DNA from: the human T2T-CHM13v2.0 reference genome, Homo sapiens
Assembly (NCBI RefSeq): GCF_009914755.1
Contig: NC_060944.1
DNA length: 64,000 nucleotides
Strand: one strand, 5' to 3'
In this document: one piece after another, positions 27,440 to 40,538 of the stretch
Layout of the letters: each line of letters begins with the position of its first letter
How positions within the stretch are numbered: the first letter of the stretch is position 1
Program-made: the position numbers and the translations under genes
The notes under the pieces: model-generated
Databases searched by the model: none
Told to the model about the DNA's origin: nothing
The model's input: only the letters and a program-made list of their open reading frames with translations

Positions 27440-27980
27440 AACTTTGATTGCAAAGATGGCCTCCAATTTTTTTTGAAACATTTTTGGGATCCTTGCCTTT
27501 TGCAATGTGACTTTACTCCCATTAAGGCATCGGGTCTCTTTTCCCTCCTTTAGAGTCTGGGGTTGGACATGTGACTTCCTTTGGCCACCAGAATGTTGCC
27601 AAGAAGTAAGTGATGCACCAGTTTAGGGCCTAGGCCTTAAGAAGCTATGCGTTTTCCTGATCTCTCTTTTGTGCTTCTGTTTTGCTGTGATAGGCTAGCC
27701 TGCTAGAGGATGGCTGCATCGTGCAGCAGAGCCAGGTCACCAAGGCCAGGGCTGTCCTAGATCAGCCACACTGCAGCAGACAGACCAGTGGACTCTAGAA
27801 AATTGAGTGAGCCCAGCTAAAATCAGCCAACCCTGGTTCATTGATGAGGACCCAGCTGAGCTGCCCAGCTGACCAGTAGCTTTGTGAGGACCCAAGAGCG
27901 AGCTGTCCAGCTGACCTGTAGCTTTATGAGAAAAACAAAAATAGGAACAAAAACAATATTGTGATTTTAAGCTACTGTGT
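27440..27980 (+). mobile_element. MaLR LTR (MLT1G/H-like)
   Basis: gattgcaaagatggcc...tttgcaatgtgacttt...ggcctaggccttaagaag...ttttaagctactg. Confidence 0.75.
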
Positions 27981-28146
27981 CCTCCCTTTGGCCCTTACTC
28001 TGTAGAGACTTCACATGATTTACTTCGCTATCTTTTTTTTTTTTTTTTACTTTCTTTTGAAAGAGTTCCCTTACCCTATGACTTCAACACTGACCTTTCT
28101 CTAAGGAGGATGCTCTCATACGTATCTTTATCTGTCCTCTCCCTTG

Positions 28147-28362
28147 CAAGCGTGTCCAGCCCGTGGCCCATAGGCCACAGGCAGCCCAGGATTGCTTTGA
28201 ATGTGGCCTAACACAAATTTGTAAACTTTCTTAAAACATTATCAGATTTTTTGGTGATTTTTTTTAGCTCATCAGTTATTGTTAGTGTATTTCCTGCATG
28301 GCCCAAGATAATTCTTCTTCTTCCAATGTGGCCCAAGGAAGCCAAAAGATGGGATACCCTTG
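28147..28362 (-). mobile_element. MER30 (hAT-Charlie) non-autonomous DNA transposon
   Basis: aattcttcttcttccaatgtggcccaaggaagccaaaagat and caagcgtgtcca end match antisense MER30. Confidence 0.9.
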
Positions 28363-30004
28363 CATCTTGAGTTTTCATCTCATGTCCCCAGTTACCTCCT
28401 GGGCTCTTTCTGTCGGCTGTCTGGGTACTGCTCATGGAAGAAATGTCAGCAGGAAAAGGAGAGGTCTTGTCTTCAACCCACTGCTGATGCATTTCATAAC
28501 TTTTGGCTTCTCAGGGTCTTTGATGTTCCTGTAAAAGACATGCCAGTTAACAACACTAAGTGATCACACAGATAAGGGACACTTGTAATCAGCCTCAAAA
28601 TCACTGGGCCTAATTCCCGTATTGAAATGGAAACCTGTAGAAGCATACGTACCTGCTCCCTCACCTGTCTATGCTTAATTAAAATAGAGATTTTGAGGCT
28701 CTTTCTTGGAAATTCTATTTCAGGAGGTATGGGTTAGTTTTCCAGAAATTCACTTATCATTTGGACACTCCATCCAGACCTCCTTCAGGATGAAACTCAT
28801 CCTGCCTTTCAGGAGGTGAAGAACCCTGAGGTGGTAGGTTCAGGCCTCAGAAGTCTTCACTGCACAGGAGAAAGGAGGGACTCCTCTCTTGGTGTAATCA
28901 TGGCTTTAATCGATGAATGCTTCCTTGTAAAATACTCTGTTGCACCCTCCTACATTAACACTGGGCTTATCCATGTGGCTTGCTCTGGCCAATGGAACAA
29001 CTTTATATTAATATTATGTAATATACGTGTGTGTCTATGTATGTGCATATATATATATCTTACACACACACACACTATGAGAAAAGTGTTAAGATTGTTT
29101 TGGACAAAGAAGATTATGGATGAGTACGGTTAAGTTCCTTTTGGTTTTATACTGCTATCCTAACCTGTCTATTCAACCAATCATCTATCTATCAATCCAT
29201 ACATTAAATATTTACTAAGTACCAACTACATGCCAGTCCCCATTATAGGCCCTCAAGTTACTAGTGTTCTAATAAATAATTTATTGAAGCCCTTCTCATC
29301 CTTTACTAATCCGTTTTAACTCTAATACAATATGCTGAGATTTTACTGGGACCTGAAGTGTTCAGATGTGCTACAATAAATCAGGTTTGATTTCACTTCA
29401 TGTGGATACCTGGTTCTAGTTTTTACAGCAGATCTGGCCTCTTGTATTGGTGGGAGGATTTACTGCCTATATATTTTAATTTAAGGGAGGCTTAGTAGGC
29501 TTCCTTTTTCTCTTGACCTCACCCTCCCAGCCCTCTCTCAATTGTTAACTGATGGTTTGAAATGTACATGTGTTCATTCAAGTTCTAAGGTTTTGTTTTC
29601 TATTAGACACGCCATCCAACTTTTATTAATATTTTACTTTTTTACAACTCTACCATTTCCTACCCCCCACTCACCCCACATCTTACCTAGAATGGGTTCC
29701 TATCTATTCCTTACAGAAGCCACACACACATATATATAATGCTACACATATATATAATGCTGTGCCAAGGCCCAGTAGATACCAGTAAGTCAAAAAGTTA
29801 AACACAAGAAGTCAACCTCAGGGAATGGGGTGGCTGACTGTGCAGTGTTGTGAAAGAGGAACACAATCAAGAAACGACTGTACAATTGTTATTGCCAGGC
29901 TTACACTACTAGCTGAAGTGTGTGAAGCAGACCAGGCACCCTCTCTTCACTTGTTCTCTGCCATGGGAGGCTGACCCACATGGACTATGCCGGCGGGTTT
30001 TGTC

Positions 30005-30440
30005 TTCAGTAGGTTCTCCCAGAAGCAGGCCCTGTGATAAGGACTGTAGTGTGTATGATTTACTTCGGGGATAATCCCAGGAGGCACCAACAGAGAAGCA
30101 GCAAAGTGAGACAGGGAAGGGACTAAATCCAATAATGAGTGTGTAATCAAGCAAGTTCTCATTGTGGGCAACTGTTGAGGATCCTGCTGGAACTCAGGGA
30201 GATGGTGCAGGGTGAGGAAGCTGCTATTTCTTCATTTCTTCACTAACGTGTATGAGTTATGGGTTTCAGGTACATCAGCTTTCTGATGCATTTGCTGTGC
30301 ACATGGGCCAAACATGCTTGTCTGCTAGAAAAACAAAAAACAAAAAACAAAAAACCCTCAGGCCAAATGCCTCAGAGTAAAAAGCCTTCCCTATTTATGT
30401 GAATGACAAGGGGATGTGGGCGGGGCTGCTACGTAGTTCA
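30005..30440 (-). mobile_element. LTR16C-like ERVL LTR
   Basis: ggttctcccagaagcaggccctg...atcccaggaggcacc...aagtgagacagggaaggg. Confidence 0.7.
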
Positions 30441-30444
30441 GGTG

Positions 30445-30822
30445 ATGAGTGGCACCAGCAGGAGATTCGGAGAGTGGGAGGAGAGTGAGGTCCTGGGATG
30501 GGTTCTCAGAGTATTGCTCTCCCCCGCCCCACCTCTCCTCTTACCCTGCTTTAGCTGCACCCTGAGGAAGCCCACAGCTTGTGTCAGGGTGTCCTTCCCC
30601 CTGCAACTCCATATCTGGTTTCCAGTAACTGCTCTCTGATGTTGCCCCTTCTGCCCTGGCACGCTAACCACTCTGGGATGTCGAGAGCCCTGGGATACTA
30701 CACAATCCCCTCTTGCTTTTCTTAAACCACACCTGCACCTTTGTAAAAAGTCCTGTTACTAAACAATCCTTGATTCACCCATTAAAATGTCCCCTTTCTT
30801 TCCTGCCTGATAGAAGTGATAC
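30445..30822 (+). mobile_element. LTR33-like ERVL LTR fragment
   Basis: ggcaccagcaggagattcggagagtgggaggagagtgaggtc and acctttgtaaaaagtcc...ttcctgcc...tgatac end. Confidence 0.6.
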
Positions 30823-30829
30823 CTTTATA

Positions 30830-30990
30830 TCTGGGTAGTCTCATTAATACCTCACAACAATCCAGTTGTTATTATTTTTCTTCTTTTGCAGAAGCACAAC
30901 TCTGAAGTAAGTCACCTAAGGCCACGCAGCTAGGAGATAAATGAATCAACATTGAAACCCAATTTTGTTGCTTAGTATCCCACATTCTCA
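30830..30990 (-). mobile_element. MIR relic
   Basis: cctcacaacaatcc...aagtcacctaaggccacgcagctagg. Confidence 0.65.
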
Positions 30991-31049
30991 AACTATATTA
31001 TCTGTCCTTATTGTGAATAAAAAGTGTTCTTATTAACACTACATTCTTG

Positions 31050-32080
31050 GCTCAGTGCTAAGCTCTGTGGCCCATTGTCCAGCACTTGACCAGGTCCCCG
31101 GCAGGCACTGAGCCATTTGATGCAGAGGAATGCTGAGCAGCGTGAGGCCAGGCAGGCCCAACTGGCCAGGTGACGCCTGGCCAGATGGTTCCTCCCCCCG
31201 GCGCCCCCAGAGGCCACTATTGAAAACCTGAAAGAGACAAAAAGCCTGTGGAATCCTCCAAGGGGACCAGATGCTGCTTAGGGAAAACCTCTCCACACTG
31301 TGGCATCAGGGAACGGGTGGTGCAAGAGAAGCTTCAAGAATGATGAACAGAACAAGAAACTGCCTCACTTGACAATAAAATAAATGCCCACCACCTCCTG
31401 TTTCCTCGTTAATGATTATTAAAATGATCCTGGTACAAGATTAATATTAAAAACTGATGCTTAGTAATAAACTTCTCACAGCTATCTTCAAGATTTCCAG
31501 GGAGTAATAGCTGAAAGGGAAAACTGAACAAGAGGAGTCTTCCTGTGTGTTGTAGTGCCTGGGTGTGTATTTCTTTCCACTGCTAGTACTTTTGTTGGCA
31601 AATAGTGCACGCTGTTGGAGCCTATCCCCCAGACCTTAAGTAGGGGCAGTGGGTCGTGTGGGATGGAGCCCTATCAAATGGGGCTGGACTCTGGTTTTGT
31701 CTGCTGTGACCCCGGGGGTGCCCGCTGGGATCTGTGAGCAGGCAGAGGCCGGTGGGAGCACCCTCCGCCTCCCTTTGTTCCGCCGGGCTCCAGCCTGCAG
31801 CAGCTGATCCGGTTATTATGCTCCTGAAAAGAATTTCTAGGTGGCCACAGTGACCATAAGGAGCAGAGAAACCACGAGGGCTGCAAGCCACGAAGAGCAA
31901 CACATCGGCTATTGAGCACTAATCCCACCCATAATTAGAGGATCCCTTCAGCCTTGTGGTGCTCACAGAAATCTGAACTAAGGCAGAGAGGAGCCGTCTG
32001 AGGTCTGTAGGCCACCGTTTACCAAATGTGCTGTCATCAGCGCAATTAGCTTATTTGGTGGGATCGGCGTTTTAAAAAGA
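31050..32080. promoter_or_regulatory. Locally GC/CpG-enriched unique island, candidate regulatory element
   Basis: Retained CpGs outside repeats; TGACG, E-boxes, HNF1-like gttaatgattatt at 31408-31420, SOX-like cctttgtt. Confidence 0.4.
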
Positions 32081-34654
32081 AAAACAGAAAGCTGTATAGA
32101 ACATAGACTTGGGGCAAAAACTGAATTTAAGATGTAGTTAAAGTCACCTTTGATTTCTCAGCTTCCTTCCCCCACCCCATTCTTAAAATCATGCATTTTA
32201 ATGAAAATTTGATCTGCGTGGGTCTGATTTGTTTACTTGGGACTCATCCAAATGCTGTTTTGTAAGAGCGATTTCATATCTAACAGATTTGCATAACTTG
32301 GGCTATACTTCTCAGAAAGAAAAACTCATGTTGGGCCCTAAATGAACAGATTTATCGCTCTGAGACTTGTCCAGGCTTTACGGTGGCAGTTGCTCTCTGC
32401 CTACTCTGCTCTCCCTTGTCTTCATCCCAGGCATCCCAAGGTTTCTGCTATACTAAAGAAAAGCTGCGCCCATCATCTGAATCTAACCTTCGTGGGTGCT
32501 CAGGAACCTGTCACCTGTTCTAAAATTCCACCTGCTATTTTAATTCACCACATGCCGCCCGTTGGCTAAGTGGAAGAAAATGAACATCTGATCACAAAGT
32601 CACTAATTATGTTTAATTACTGGCTAAAATATTAACTTTCAAAAAGGAAGATAACTTTTGAAAGTGATATGAATTCACCACTGTTGTAATCTATTTAAAT
32701 TCATGTGTTACAAATAAATTACAAGAGAGAGGAAGATGATGTATGAATCTATATAATGGTCTTCATTTTTTTTCGAACCTATTATCTTGTTTGATTTTCC
32801 TAACAACATCATGAGGTACATAAAGGCAGATTTTCTCAGTTTCCTTTCATAAATGAGGAAACTGAGGTGCACATTTTCCACAAACCACACCAAACACTTG
32901 GGATTATAACCTGGATTTTTAATAACTTATTTGTGTTTATTTATGAGATGAAATCCCAAGCAAGGGTTCAAGGCCTTACCTTAGAGACCCACTTGTCCAA
33001 GATCCAGTAATATCTGCTCATGTCTGGTCCTGCAGATTAAGAAGAGAGTTGGAGAATTCTAAATGCTAATTGTCTTAGGTAAAACTGCTGTTTCCATGGT
33101 ATCTGGGTGAATAAAAATATGGAGGTGAACTTCCACTACTGACCCGGAAGGATTTTCTTCATGAAAAGATTGTCACAAATCCTTTTGGAGGCTAAGAATA
33201 AAAAGTGAAGATGTAAATGTGCCTCTCTAGAACACTGTAGTATCAACCTGAATTAATCTCTCAAGCACATATTGCAAACACAGCTAACCAGGCCAGGAAA
33301 AATCATGGATAAGGGTCCTCTTCCTAAGCAAGCATACCTCGGGCCCCAATAGATGCAAATATAAGCATGGAATTTGCAAGAACATTGGAGATAGAAGGAC
33401 TGCAAGTTTTACTTGAAGCTTTTTTTTATTAAATAGCTTGAAGCAGATATGTAATGCGATTGGTTAGCAAGCAGGCAATTTTAAGTACTTATTGAGTATT
33501 TCATTCTGATTGAGAACAAATTGGTGTTTTAACAGGATATACCCTTGAATTAGAGGTAGCATATAAGTAGTCAATTTACATTCTGTTTATAATTCCAAAC
33601 CAGAAAGAAACATTGAATAAAGATACGTTTACCACATTTGGCTTCACCATGCAAAGGTCCCGTTGAATAGCAAAAGATTTGCACATATTTAAATTAGATT
33701 TCACACAATCTGTAAAATGACAAAGTATTAGGGAGGATTAGCCTAATTAAATGAGATTGTGAGAAAGCCTCAAAGAGATCCAAAGTGCAGATACCTTCCA
33801 AGTAGGATCACAGTGAAGGCTTCCAGAATCTATTTTGCCTCTTTCCCAGCAATCAGGGCTCAGATTACCCTGGGCGACAGTAGCACACTTGTGTATGCAG
33901 TGACATCTAGTGACAAAGAAAATAAAACCGGCTCCAAGGACACTTTCTTCACCAGACAGACTCCACAAAAATGACGCAGTACCTATCATTACTGTAGATT
34001 CGTGCATAGTATCCTATAGAGATTGCAAAAGAGATACACCAGTTTCTACACCAGATATGTTCAAAGAGGTAATACAAGAAGTATCAGTAAGGTTTGGCAA
34101 ACAGCCGTGGTATCAGAATCCAAACAGGTAATTAAAACAGATTTATTTCTGTCTTATGTGCCCATAGTAAAAACTGCTGTTAATGATTTGGACACAGAGT
34201 TCGTGTGGAATGTTCTGAAGAACCACTGACATCTTCCAAGAAAAGAATCCATTAAGATGAATAGAATTTGCTACTTGAAATTCATGTCCAAAAGTTTAGA
34301 AAATATACATATGCAAGTTACTCAGGCAAGACAAAGATTTAACCAACTCTCCAAGTTATCTTAATCAAGCTGAAACCCACTTTAGATTAATTGGAGTAGG
34401 CCATAATAAAATATTTCCTGTTTCCTTTTGTCAGATTTTAGGATTTTAAGCAAAATGAATAAAATATATACAAAATCACAACTTTCTCTGTATAACAGGA
34501 ACTTGGGGTCTTGTCTTCGTAGAGTTAGAAGAAAGTGAAATCTACAGATGTTAACTAGCTACACTGGAGGCAGGTTAGTGCTGTCCCGCTGAGGACTCCA
34601 GTTTTTAATCACCATCCTCACCCCACAGGACCTTTCAGGAGGCAGTGATAGTGC

Positions 34655-34746
34655 AGCCTACACCTGGAGGTCTCTCAGATTCTGGTGATCTTCAGTGAGG
34701 CCTTGGAGTCGGAATTTTGAGCAAACGCCCAGGTGATTCTTATGCA
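34655..34746. mobile_element. MER5-type fragment
   Basis: attttgagcaaacgcccaggtgattcttatgca. Confidence 0.5.
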
Positions 34747-34980
34747 ATTCTGCCATATCCTACCTTTTCTTATATGCTCCAGTGCAAAAGTAAAAATACC
34801 ACTTGGGATATGGAGAGGGTTTAAACTTTGTAAAGGTATCCACAGTTGCCTGGGACTTGGACTGTAAGTAAACCATGAACCAGTTTATCCATGTGTGGCT
34901 ACAACATTATTAAAAACAGTGTAATTGCCAGTATATTCTCAAAATGGGTTGCAAAGTGGCTGAAAAAAATAACTGGTTTT

Positions 34981-35836
<856 letters not shown>

Positions 35837-36955
35837 AATGATTGTCATTTCTATATTCAGGGCTCTCTTTCTTTTCCCCCATGGAAAAATTAAGTCTATA
35901 AGCAATAAACTCTTTTAAACAAATTAGGCTTAAAGTTGTATCTTTAAAATACTAGCTATATAGCATGGCTTAGCCCTGATGAAGGCATTCTGAGTTTTTC
36001 TGAATTATTGATTGTGGATTCAATGCTTGGAAATTTAGTAATTGCTGATATAGCAAGGGAGCCTGCATGTAAAGAATTCTCAGTAAATTCTTTAGTCGAG
36101 TTGTACAAAGAAATAACCAACACATTTATAAAAATCCCACATTGTCACAAAGTAAATTATTAGTTGATTATTCTCCTTATACAAATTTGTATACATATAT
36201 ATATGGTTTATTTAAAGCTGGCAATTCATGTGGACATTTATAATAAAAACTATGTTTCTGTTGCATTTAGACATTCATTTACACTCTGCCTTAGAATTTA
36301 GATTTCAGGGCTTGCTGTTTTTGTTTGAATTAAGGTTGTTTTTTTTTTTTTTTCTCATTTGTATTGGTTTCTCAATGTCTTTCCTTTGAGGTTTTGAACG
36401 TAAACTAACATTGCCAGGTGACTTTTTCACATATAATTCTACTATCTGAAAGACCTGGGAAAAGCTCTTTGACATTGATTTTCTACTGAATGGAGATTTG
36501 AGCTGGGGTCTGCAGAGCCTCAGGGATCTGGGGCATGCTTCAGGTGCTGCAGGGAGTAGGGGGTGGGTGGAAGAAGTTTGGGGCTGCCCCAGAGTCCCCT
36601 CAAGCAGAGTCTTGGAATTTAATTTATGAATTTTGACTCAAAAAAAGGTTTCTTCCACTTTAACTACATTTGCAAAATACTAATTTGGAGGTTTTCTTGA
36701 AAAATTATCACCCCTCCCACTACCCTCCACTACTTCGTTTCCTTTTTATTAGCTCATTGGTTTAGTTTTGTCCCGGGACCAGTTGTTAAAAGCTTTCACA
36801 GATCCACAATTCCAGACACTGTGTGTGGAGACTGGAACGACTTAACCCATAATGCCCTATGCTCAGCTGAGACCCAGTAATGCCCTGTGCTCAGCTCAGA
36901 GGCTTGTTTGTCCCCACTCTGTAGTTTCCATATGGGTTACTGGGACCTCCTACTC

Positions 36956-37101
36956 TATTTTATTTTATTTTATTTTATTTTATTTTATTTTATTTTATTT
37001 TATTTTATTTTATTTTATTTTATTTTATTTTACTTTATTTTACTTTATTTTACTTTGTTTTATTTTATTTTATTTTATTTTACTTTATTTTATTTTATTT
37101 T
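36956..37101. repeat. (TATTT)n pentanucleotide repeat, 29 units with TACTT/TGTTT interruptions
   Basis: 15 pure units, then interrupted units; counted by hand. Confidence 0.97.
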
Positions 37102-37179
37102 GAAGGCAAGCTGCTTAAATGATAGCAGGCCATTCACTCCACTGCTTAAGTATAACCCTGCAACAAGAAAGTGCTGTTA

Positions 37180-38560
37180 AAACATTGTTTAAATCATGCA
37201 CTTTCTCTCCTCAAAAATTCTTATTGGCTCCTCAGTTAGAAATTCAAATTCCTTCATAATTTGACAATTATTTAGGTCTCCATTAGCATTTTTTTACTCT
37301 ATCCTGACATCCACCTTGCCCTTAATTTACATCGGACTATTTGTGAACCAATCATTTATTTTTACATCTCTGCACTTGGCTCCATCTTGTCTTTTAACTG
37401 GGCTTCCCTCTGCCCATGCAAATCCCTTTGTAAAACCTCCACTTTTGCCTCAAAACACACTCAAGTGGCACCTGCTATGTGCAGGATCTCCTCCAGCACC
37501 TCATATCCTCCCCAAGTTTAATTTCCTCTTGCCCAAATGTTCAGCTCTCCTCCACCTCCCTGGTTACTCCTCTGTCTCTGGCATCGTTTCCCCCACCTGT
37601 GATGTCACAGTCTCCCAGGACTCTGTCCTTGGCCTCTTCCTTCTCTCCCTTGCTCATCTCACCCAGTCACATGTGTTTAAATACCCACATTTTCATTTCC
37701 AGCTGAAACCTCTCTCTCCTTGACACTTCACTCAGAGATTTAACAGACGTTTCACATTTCACATGTCCAAAAATAGACCTGATCATCCCTACCCCACTTG
37801 CTCCCTCCTAATTTTCCCATCTCATTGATGACTTCATCGTTCCAATTATTCAGGCTAAAACCCTTGAAGAATAAATACCTCAAACCCCCTCCTCCTCTCA
37901 TAGCTCACCACGTCCAGTCTGTATGAAAACCATTGGTGCTTTCCATTTCAAAATATCCAGTATCCATCATTTTTCATGACCTCTGCTGTCACCTCCCTGG
38001 TCCAACCCCCATCTTTCTCATCTGGATCATTATAATAGGTTTCTAAGTGGTCTTCATTTCTTCCCTTATTCCCCTTTAGTGTACCCCTAGCCAAGTAGGC
38101 AGAGAGATCCATTTAACATATGAGTTCGATCATATAGCTCTTCTTCTTAAAAGTCCACAGGAATTCTTCATTTCACTCAGAAAAAAGGCCACCATCCTTG
38201 GGCCTCAGGGCCTCAGGGCCCCATGTAGCCTGGTGCACTTCTATGACATCCTCTATCCCCTACTCTCTGCTGTAGCCAACCTGGCTGGCCCCCTTGCTCT
38301 TTTGCAAATATGCCAGTCATTCTCCCACTAAGGACTTTTGCACTAGTTCTGTTTGCCTAAAATATTTTTTCTCACAAACAGCCGCTTGGATAACTCCCTC
38401 ACTTCCATGGCTTCACTCAAATATCACCTTCTCTGTGAGGCTTGCTCATATCACCCTATGTAGCACTGCAAGTTGCCACCACCTACAAAACAGACCTCCT
38501 GATCCTCCTTACCCTGGTCTTGTTTGCTTGTTTTCATGCCACTTTATCAGTCTCTAATAT
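37180..38560 (+). mobile_element. L2 relics
   Basis: tccttggcctcttccttctctc...cacatgtccaaaa...caggctaaaacccttg...ctcaaatatcaccttctctgtgagg. Confidence 0.75.
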
Positions 38561-38619
38561 GCTATCATTAATCATCTATCTATCCATCTACCTAGCTATC
38601 CATCTACTTATTTATTGTT

Positions 38620-39470
38620 GCTGGAACCTGAGTTGGGATGGCTTAGATAATTACAGATGCCTGGAATGTCTACCCTGGGGCCATGCCTTGAGCCTCATTT
38701 CTGGCTGTCACTGAGTTTCCTCTTTTCTTCTCCGTGAAGTATCTTCTAGAGGTTGAATATTCAAAACAGCTGTCCTGCTCACATTTCTGACACCTAAACT
38801 GGGATGGCTGAACTATTGGGAGCTTGCTGGGGGTCCCTTTTTTCCAGCCCCTTCTCCATATGGCTAGTATGAGTTTCCTCCCAGCATGGCAGTCTCATGG
38901 TAGTTTTCCTTGTTACCTGGAAGCTCAGGATCCCCCATCAGTGAGAGCTTCAAGTGCCCTTTGCAGAGGCTGCCAGGCTCCTCCTGACCTGCCTCTAACA
39001 GTCCATGGCATCCCCTTGCACCACACTGAATTGGTCCCAAATCAATCATGTAATGCAAAGTTTGTAAGATTCATTCATATTCTAGTATGTCTCAGTACTT
39101 CATTTCTTTTTATTGGTGAATAATATTCCATTGTATGGATACGCCATGATTTGTTATTCCATTTTTCTGTTGATGCTCACTTGCATTGTTTCTAGCTTTT
39201 GGTTGTGAGCAGACTGGTGGTTGTCAGGGGCTGGAGAAGGGGTAAGAGGAAATAGAAATAACTGCTTAATGGGTAGGGGCTTTCCTTTTGGGGGTGAAGA
39301 AATTCTTTTGGAACTAGATGGGGTAATGATTGCACAACATTGTGAAAGTACTAATTACTCACTTTTAAATGGTCAATTTTAATTCATGTGAATTTCACTA
39401 CAATAAAAAGAGAAAAATAGTCAGTTACAAATCAGCCCAGATTGAAGAAAAGAGGACTACTCAGGGTATA
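38620..39470 (-). mobile_element. Old MLT1 LTR (antisense), split by an L1M insertion
   Basis: ccatatggctag...cctcccagcatggcagtctcatggtag, resuming as cagcccagattgaag after 39420. Confidence 0.55.
39050..39418. mobile_element. L1MB-like 3' end with inverted 5' piece (- strand 39050-39205; + strand 39206-39418)
   Basis: aataatattccattgtatggatac (antisense) abuts gactggtggttgtcaggggctgg...caataaaaag (sense). Confidence 0.75.
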
Positions 39471-39739
39471 AATAAATACTTCGTGGTCTCACAAACAGCC
39501 ACTTGGGTAAATCCTCACCTCCATGGCTTCACTCAAATATTAGTTTCTTTGTGAGGCTTGCTCAGATCACCCTATATAGCACTAAAAGTTGCCACCACCT
39601 GCAGCACAGCCCTCCTGATCCTCTCTTGTATATACAAGCATGTATACACAAGTGTATATATCCACGCTTGTATATACAAGCATGGGGGCGAGGAGCTCTG
39701 CCTATTTGTGGAATGGTTGCATTCTATGTTTTTATCTTA

Positions 39740-40153
<414 letters not shown>

Positions 40154-40299
40154 TCATTTTTATTCAATGCCTACGGTTTTGTTCCAAAAAATCTTTATGA
40201 GTTGGTTGTTTGATACTCAGTGTCTGTTTTTCTTTAGGAACATTGGAAGCAGTAGTTAAGATTCTATTGTAGTGTAGTAACAAGAGTACTAGCTTTGTA

Positions 40300-40538
40300 G
40301 TCAGTACCCCTCTCAGAAAACTATGTGCCAGATACTGTTTTAAGCTTTTCATATATTATTTAATCCTCAGAGCAACACTGTGAGGAAGTTACTGTTCTGT
40401 ATTCATTTTATAGATGAAGAAACTAAGGCATAGAGGAGTCAGGTAACTTGCCTAAGTTACATTATGTGTAGTAAAGATATTAGGATTCAAACTCAGACAG
40501 GATAGCTTCATAGTCATGCTCTTATCCTCTCTGCCACA
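40300..40538 (-). mobile_element. MIR SINE (near full length)
   Basis: atttaatcctcagagcaacactgtgagg...cattttatagatgaagaaactaaggc...ggattcaaactcag. Confidence 0.9.

Noticed and set aside
36956-37101. Identity with a known pathogenic TTTCA repeat locus
   Set aside because: No TTTCA units and no flanking Alu; the locus cannot be identified from sequence alone
36852-37180. ORFs with (ILFYF)n resembling transmembrane peptides
   Set aside because: Translation of the (TATTT)n repeat
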